NCBI GenBank assembly: GCA_051294375.1
Contig: CM119263.1
Location: forward strand, 22,967,704 to 23,030,832
Length of the DNA: 63,129 nucleotides
From: Paraspadella gotoi
Taxonomy: Eukaryota; Animalia; Chaetognatha
Reading direction: 5' to 3'
Below are positions 55,501-63,129 of the stretch, piece by piece (position 1 is the first letter of the stretch; every line of letters begins with the position of its first letter). The position numbers and the translations under genes are program-made. A model generated the notes under the pieces. The model was not told where the DNA came from. It did not search any database and saw only the letters and a list, made by a program, of their open reading frames with translations.

Positions 55501-55903
55501 AATTTTTGCGTCAGTATCCAGAAATTTCGTTTCTGTAAAATTCTGCTGACTTACCCGCGAATACCAAAAAAAAAAACGCCTCACCTTTTTGCACTTATTA
55601 CACTTGGTCGCGTACAACTCCTCATAGCAAGGGACGCAGTAGTTTTGATCATCTTTGGGGATGAAGCTCTGTGTACCCAACGCCTTTTTACAGTTGTTGC
55701 AGGTGAAGCAGTTTTCGTGCCATTGCTTACCCTTGTACTCCATTTTCTTTGTGCCTGATGATTGAAAAAAATTTTTGTTGTCAGATAGTTTACAGGACAT
55801 TTTAGGAAATACTGTCATCTAAAATCAATAATCGTAATAATAAAACGCCTCAAAATGGTTTCAAAAATACTTTTTTTCCTTTTGCCCTTTATCTATTTCA
55901 AAA

Positions 55904-56001
<98 letters not shown>

Positions 56002-59000
56002 AAATATCCTGTCTTAAGACCCGATAAATTTTTCAACATCACGGACTTTTCGATGTAAACAAGGCGAGATTCATCGCGATGGTTTTCGATCTTCGGATCC
56101 CAGAAAAACCAAAGATAAGAGAGAGAAAACAAAATTTATCTCCCGAATCCCACATGGTGTAGTCGATTAATCAGGTTTGTAAGTTTAAGTCGTCGTCGTT
56201 ATGATTTCATTGCGAAAATTTCCGCCAGGTTGAGGCAATACGAGAAGCAATTAAGTAAATCAGGTGCGAAGGAGCGGGTTTCCCCCGGGGGTGGGTTGCG
56301 GGAAAATTCACTCGAATATTTGAACTATTTTTTTTCTATGGCGGTGGGAGATTCGTGGGGAGAGAGAAATACACTAAGTTCTTGAGTTTTATTCCCATAA
56401 TACTAACTAAATGTAGGCTAATCGAGAATGCAATCCCACAGACTCACCCAAGGACGCGGCGCCTCACCCTCGTCGGCCGAACTTACCCGTGGTGTCGTCG
56501 TAGTGATCCATTCCCTTTCCGCATCCCAGGCAGAGGATTTGGTGCTGCTCGGTCGGCAGCGTCATCGTCACCGCGAACGACTCTCGACGAGCTACGCGTG
56601 CGCGCGTGCATCGTGAGTGAGTGTAAATTGATTGGATGTCGTGCGTGCGAAACGATTTCAAGACGAAGATGAGTGCGAATTGTTAAGTGAGAGTGTGAGT
56701 GCGTCCGTATTTGTGTTTTTTTTTATAATGAGTCAAAGTAATTTTGCAATATTTGGAAATATTTGAACAATTCCGTGTTCAAGATACAAACGGAGATCGC
56801 CATTTTTTTTTCGGGGGGGGGAAGTTGGAACGCGAAGGGAGCGCGCGCGAATTGAAGAAGATAAAAAGGGGTCAGGGTTTAATAACCCGAGAAAAACAAA
56901 AGAAAATTAAACTTGAAGGAAATCTTATTCTAGAAAATTTGAAAATACAAATCTAAACTAAGTAAATCTTAATAAAAAAAAAACTAAAAAAATTTAAAAA
57001 GCCACTTCCTTCTTACCATTTCTTCCAGCCATGTTTCAGTCAAGATGTTTCGTTTGTCTCAAAAATAGCCTGACAAACGGAAAAGAGCGCAAAGGTTAAT
57101 CAATTCCGCATTTTTCAAATCGAGCGAAAAATATATTTCTTGAAACGAACAGGAAAAACGGAGGAAAAAAAAAAGGAATAGAAAAAAGAAACTTTTGACA
57201 GAGACTGGGAATAAAAAAAAAGTCAAAACCGAAATCTTTTTTTTTTTTTACGCAGAACATTTTTTTGAAAAGGAAAAAAAAAACCCGTAAATGTGAAAAA
57301 AGTTACGGTTAAGTTGACTTTTTTAGTGAAGGAAAAAAGTTTTGTAACGGGCGGGGGGAACAGGATAAGAAAACGCGAAAAGTAATCGTCGAAGGGAGGA
57401 AAAACAAAAATTCTCCAGGACGAAAAAATGAAGTTTTTGAAAATGAAGAAAAGTTATTTTTCCTTCTCTACATTTTGAATATAAAAAAAAAATGTTTCGT
57501 GGACGAGAAAGGAAGAGGAGGAGGAAAATGAGGAAGAGGAGAAGGAAAGAGAAAAGTGAGAAAGAAAAATCCCCGTCCGCGCGGGAAATATAGAGGAGGC
57601 GAGATTCTCTTTTAAATGGGTCGTGAGATTCTATGAAGGTGGAGGTGGACGGACGGTGGTTGAAAGGGAATGAGGGGGTGGGGGTGGGGTTGATTTGGGG
57701 GTGAATAGAAGGCTAAGGAGAAGGGCTGAAAGATAGGCTCGGAAGTAAAGATAGGTAAAGAGAGGTGATGATGACACGAGGTTCGGATGAAGAAATAAGA
57801 AACTCAGTCGAAAAATTCGATATTGATTATTGAGCTAATAAACGATAATAAAAAAAACAAACAAACAAAAAAACCCCGTGATATCATCTCTAACGATTGA
57901 TAGAAGCAGGTGACGGAGGAAGAAAGAGTTCGTTTCATAAGATCCAGACGATGTCGTCATCGGTTCCTTCTTTAAACGGAATGCGATTTTCTCGATGTTT
58001 CGAACGAATCTGGATTCCCGAGGTTATGATGACTGGCAGGCCGGAAAGGCGAGTCAGAAGCGGCCAGGTGCACTGTGCGGATTGCGGAAGTAGATGGATT
58101 GGACGGAAGAGGCAGGTTAAGCATTTACTGGAGGATGATAGATTATTTTGATTGACAGGGGGACAAAGAATAGTACTAATGCCCAAAAAAGGAATAGCAG
58201 ACCATAGGCGTTTTAAAGATTAGTCGATGCTGGACAAAAATTTTGAAATAAATATCACAAAAGGTGAGTTAATAACTTTTCATCAACAATAAATGATTAA
58301 AGCTAAAACTTTCACTAAAAAGGTTGAATTACTATATTGTATAAAATCATTTTGATCCAGGTCTTATTAGCTCATGACAGAGTCCCATCACACAAAGTTC
58401 TGTCCGATTACGGCGAAAGATATGAGACGAAGCCTGGGAGTTTTCTCCAAGTCCCGGGTCTCGCCCGGTCACGGGGGAGAAAAGAGGAAGAAGAGGAGTA
58501 AGATGTTTACACTTAAGATAATAGAGATGACCTCCAGACACAAAACAAAGACCGCGAGAACATCTGCCAGACGACGGTGAATATTTCCACAAGAAAGTAA
58601 TACTTACATACTTATATTACTTAATATCATAATGGGATATAAAATTTTCATGTGAGATTCATAGTGTAAAAGTATTTAGACGAGCGAGAGTGATGAAATA
58701 TTTTTTTGTCATCAAATCCGTCATAGAAAAAAAAATGTTTAACGATATTCATTTAAGAAATTGCCATGGGAACTCAGCTATGTGGAACTTTGCCATTAAC
58801 GAGAGAGGTAATAGAGGCATAGTGTACTTGGTTATTTTTGGGTTTTCATCATCAGAATATTATAGTATTTTATATTTTATATTTTATATATTTTATATTT
58901 TACATGAGGATTTGAAAAGTAATAATAATCATTTTGTAGTTTAATTAACGCAGTTACATAAACGTAAAACCAAAATCTATTCATTTCACGAAAGTCAAAT

Positions 59001-59793
59001 TCTTGAAAAATCTGTTTTTGATGACTCAGACAGATGAAAAAACCCAGGTCACATTTCTTTCACTTCAAGTTTAGGAAAAAACGAAAAAGTAAACAAAAAG
59101 TAAATAAAAGTAAACAGAAGGCAAACAGAGGGAAAATATGAAAATAACAAAAATTAGGACGAGTAAAGATAGAAAATAGAAAAACTTGCTAGCGACGTAA
59201 AAACATATTTTCAAAAACTGTGACTTCGCTCATTTTAACGGACTTTAAATCTATTAAATCGACCTTTTATCACAAAAAAATAAATAATTCAAACCCTAAA
59301 AATTGTTTCGACTGATAACATTTCTTATCACTCAAGATTTTTTTACTTTAACGAACGTTTAGTAAACCCTTGACAAAAAGTTTTTTTCCTTTCTATTAAG
59401 ATAATTCCAGGTTAAATTTGTGTTAACCTTCTCTATCTTTCTCTCTCCTGCTTTCACTCTTTATCTAACTTGTTTTCTTATATTTTCTGTATATATCTTC
59501 TTAAATCAACATTATTCATTTAAGTTGAAAAAGAAGTGTTGTGAAAAATAATTTGTCATCCCATTTTTCACCACTAGTCGAAAAAGGACTTCCTTATCTT
59601 CAAAAAACAAGAAAGGATTGAAAAAAAAGTCATTGTCGCGGCTGGACTTGAAAATAATTAAAAATTTATAGCTAATTTTTACATACGCTACATATACTTC
59701 AGATTAATAAAACTTTTTGTCATCTTAATTTTTTTACATTAAGGGAAGCCAAAAAAGTTTCTGACAGACCAACAAACAAGCAAACAAATATAT

Positions 59794-59828
<35 letters not shown>

Positions 59829-62201
59829 TTTACAATCTACCGACCGACCGATCGGATTGCGGTTTACACAATCGCCGCGACTAAAACGAAAAAAGAATTT
59901 AAAATTGAATTAAAGAAAAAAGTTTCAGAAAAAGCAAATCAATAAAATATAGGATGGAATTTTGTAGCTAATTTATCACAAATGACAAAAGAACCCGAAG
60001 GTTCAATATTCGAGTTTATTTTCGGTAATTTAGGAAAAAATAACCTGTGACCTTAGAGACGGCAACCAAAAGAATAAAAAAAAGAACTTGGATAAAACCA
60101 ATTGCGTCGAAAACGATCGAGATATAAAACTTTAAATATCCCTTAAATGTTATATTTTAATCGTTCAAATTTTGAAAAAAAAAGGTGTGTGCATCGTGGT
60201 GGGTCCCTCTCTCTTTGTTGGTACTCAAGAATCGAGACGATTGATTTGTGGAAAAGGATTTTTAAAGAAACGACATCTGGCGATCGAAGAATCCTTTTTT
60301 TTTTTTTTTTGGGGCGCGAGAAATCGAAATTAGGATTCGATTCGAACTTATAATTTACGATGATTAGAGAGAATGAGTGGTTTGGCGCTGTGAATTATGG
60401 ACAGAGGGCGACGGGGAAAGAAAAAGAAAAAAAGATCAATGAAAAAATNNNNNNNNNNAATGAAAAAAATAAAGAAATTTAGAAGAAAATATTGGTCCAC
60501 GGCGAGATCACCCCTCTCGAAGACCGAGCTTGGAAACGGTCGAATCGACTCCAGTAAAAAGCTGCCTATCGAGGCGGACTCGCACAAAAACGAATCCATT
60601 GAGAAGCGAAAGAAAGATAAAGCGCGCCTGGAACTTCGGGCGCGAAAGCCTCGAGATCTTGAATAGAGACACAATGGATTCCGCGGAGAGAAAAAAATTT
60701 TGAAATCGAGGATCAAACTAGACAATGATTTACTTTCCTACTCGTCAAACCCGATCGGCTCTCTTCACTCGGCCGCCTCTCAGCCAATCATCTTTTTAAA
60801 AAAAAAAAAAAGGCTTCGTTTACCATATTTTTTCGTGGCTAATTCGAAAGGAGGTAATTATCCGTAATGACAACGGGTAACGCGGGGAGTGGAATTTACG
60901 AGGCTGGGACGTGACGGGCCCGACGACCAAACCATTTAAGCCCAACCTTTTTCCGGGGAGGGGGGGGGGCTGAAGGGTGAGGGAGAGTGAAATGAAAAAA
61001 AAGCAGCTTATCGCTAGGATGAGTAATGATCGCTAAAGGACCCCCTCCTTGCAGAAATATCATTGACGGCTCGATGAAAGATTAAAATATGATGATTGAT
61101 AAAATATATGGTCTGTTGTATGAACGTAAATAAGATTAGATGATCGCCCGATCCTCGGATGCGTTTTCGATTCTAGTGAGATTGATCTCCAGCGATGATG
61201 TCGACGATAGAATGGATACCAAATTGTTCGCCGGCGCTCCTTCAGACGCACCATCAGTTTCTCGAATACCCGACGATAAATTCAGATATAATTTTGTATC
61301 GAAACAAAGGTAGGAAAACCGCCTTCGCGAATTTCCTTGAAATTCGAAGCAAGAAAAACATATTTTTAAAAATAAAATTAGTCCGATTTTTGAAAAAAAT
61401 ATCTCCCAATTTTTTTTCTTATATTTCCTTCCATTTTTCTTTTTATCACAGAACTTTATCAATTTTTTTCAAATTAACTTGTTTTTTCTCTAATTTGTTA
61501 GAACATTGTGCATTGTTTGGTAAAAGCATAAATAATAAGCAATCACGAATATTGCACATTTAAGTTTTTGTTTATCCTTGAAAATATATATTTAAAATAT
61601 AACAGGAAATAAAATTATCAAAACTTATAAGTTATAACGATGACGATGACGCTCCCTACCGCTATAAAAAGTTTTGAATTTCTCTCTCGGTTCTGGAAGC
61701 TCTAAGCAACAACAACATTTTAAAAATTCGGAAAATGAAAAACATCTTTTCAGAGATTATCATTATTCACCATTTTCCTCATTATTCATCATTTTCCTCA
61801 TTATCGAGGAACTCAAACAAGTAATTTTTTACTTAAAAATTTTAAAATCAATAATTATTAGATATATGTTTTTTTGAAAACCATTTTGAAACGTTTTATA
61901 TTGTAAGAGCTAATGATCCAAAAATCAAGATTGCCATTGTGGCATCGGCATCAAACCGCTCCTTGCCCAAACCCCTTCCCTCAACGCGTCCCATTACCCG
62001 GCTTACTCTGAGAGCTCCGAGCTCACCTGGTCTGAATATTTGCGTGCAGGCGTCGCATCTGGAGGCGAACTCGTTGGCGTAGCATTCGCTGCAGTAGATT
62101 TTGTCTTCTTTGGAGCCGAAGGGTTTGTCGACGAGGGAGTTGCTGCAAATGCAGCAGACGAAGCACCACTCGTGCCAGTGCTTCTCTTTGTACGAGAGAT
62201 C
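52523..62201 (-). CDS. Four-and-a-half LIM domain protein (FHL2/Limpet-like); last five coding exons, 5' part beyond the window
   Basis: Exons 62201-62027, 55754-55585, 54809-54623, 53077-52983 and 52582-52523 have consistent phases. They encode DLSYKEKHWHEWCF.., KKMEYKGKQWHENCF..GTQSFIPK, GGVTYKNDPYHRDCFTC..RFTSREEKPYC, GLGGTKYISFEERHWH and GFLTDGDDILCPDC, which are typical FHL/Limpet LIM domains. Confidence 0.93.
53362..53516. repeat. Near-perfect 155-bp hairpin (fold-back MITE-like)
   Basis: Arms 53362-53436 and 53442-53516 are 75 bp each with one mismatch, around a 5-nt loop. TA lies just inside both ends. Located in an FHL intron. Confidence 0.9.
54912..55206. mobile_element. ~295-bp MITE with long imperfect terminal inverted repeats
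   Basis: ACACGACAACCCGCCGCTAGAAAAAAATCGTCATTTGCAAACCTG at 54912 has a near-exact reverse complement ending at 55206, and similarity extends ~85 bp. No clear TSD. Confidence 0.7.
56487..56565 (-). CDS. Candidate alternative first coding exon of the FHL gene
   Basis: ATG at 56565 gives MTLPTEQHQILCLGCGKGMDHYDDTT, followed by a GTAAGT donor in phase 1. This matches the phase-1 acceptor of exon 55754. Confidence 0.6.
57951..58501 (+). CDS. Possible small two-exon gene antisense within the FHL intron (~101 aa, unknown)
   Basis: 57951-58115 (CAG|GTTAAG donor, phase 0) joins 58361-58501 (TTTTGATCCAG acceptor) in an open frame ending in TAA. Both pieces are GC-rich islands. No recognisable domain beyond one CxxC. 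Confidence 0.3.
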
Positions 62202-62249
62202 CTGCCGGTGGGAGGTGTTGGGAGTAGAAGAAGTGTCGGAGGGTGGGGT

Positions 62250-62325
<76 letters not shown>

Positions 62326-63129
62326 GAAAGAAGAAAGAGAGAGAGACATTAATATTAACATTCGAAATAAAATCTTCCGAAGCATAAACGGGTAACGTGA
62401 CAGAATCTTAAGCGTCACATTTTTTAAGCATCAAAAACGCACTGATTAGACCAAATAAAAATTTAATTATATTTATTATAGTACATAAGTAAGAAACATT
62501 TATTTCGGTAAATTAGAAAATGGGTTACGCCTCGCGCCAAGTATTCTTAAAATGAATATTAACGATAAAAAGTTATCAGTTAGTCAACCAGTGACACTGA
62601 CGTTGGACATTTAACAATAAAAAAACAATTACTCGATTATTCCTCAGACTCTTTCCCTTCTGAAACAAAAACGCTTATGACAAAGAACGGGGTTTTAGTA
62701 GATAATGTTTGAGCAAACAATGTCGGATCTGCCTACGATAATTTAGCGGTAATCAGCTAAACAGATGATAATCAGGATAAGTCTTTGGGATATCTACAGA
62801 TCATAACCGATCATGTAACAAAACAAATCATAACAGACTTCTTAATAAATCTATGAAAATATCGATAAATCAATTGATCAATAAGTAAAAGAACCTGTGG
62901 CTGCGCCAATACATGTTAAGTTCTTTCAACGGATTAGACTGATCTGTTACTGCAGCAAAATTAATATTTGTTAATTTATTTTTTAATAAATATAATATTT
63001 AGAATATTTTGCTCATTATTTTTACTTTTAATTTTTTTTTTCAACTTGTATACCTTTTATAACTTGCATACTTTTTTCAATTTGCTTAATTTTTTCAACT
63101 TGTATATTTTTTTCAACTTGCTTACTTTT

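Overview
This is AT-rich, (GA/CT)n-rich genomic DNA from an intron-containing animal (probably an invertebrate with motile cilia). It comes from a noisy draft assembly with N-gaps and indel errors. Most entries in the ORF track are microsatellite or gap artefacts, so I rebuilt the real genes by hand from splice sites. From left to right: (1) the 5' part of a secreted prepropeptide with a CRH/DH44-like segment (1-459, minus). (2) A TA-flanked TIR element containing a nested 8-bp-TSD MITE with telomere-like repeats. (3) A 3-exon orphan type-I membrane protein (4550-8360, minus). (4) An ~11-kb inverted duplication centred on a gap (17311-28286, probably an assembly artefact). (5) A three-level nested gene cluster: CFAP300 (plus, RFX X-box promoter) has an 11.1-kb intron 4 holding an LDLa-repeat gene and the 10-exon imidazolonepropionase AMDHD1 (both minus), and AMDHD1 intron 4 in turn holds a complete DEG/ENaC channel gene (plus). 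(6) The 3' part of an FHL/Limpet LIM-domain gene (minus), whose introns hold hairpin MITEs and a candidate alternative first exon supplying its own CxxC. Family assignments rest on recalled motifs, not database searches.
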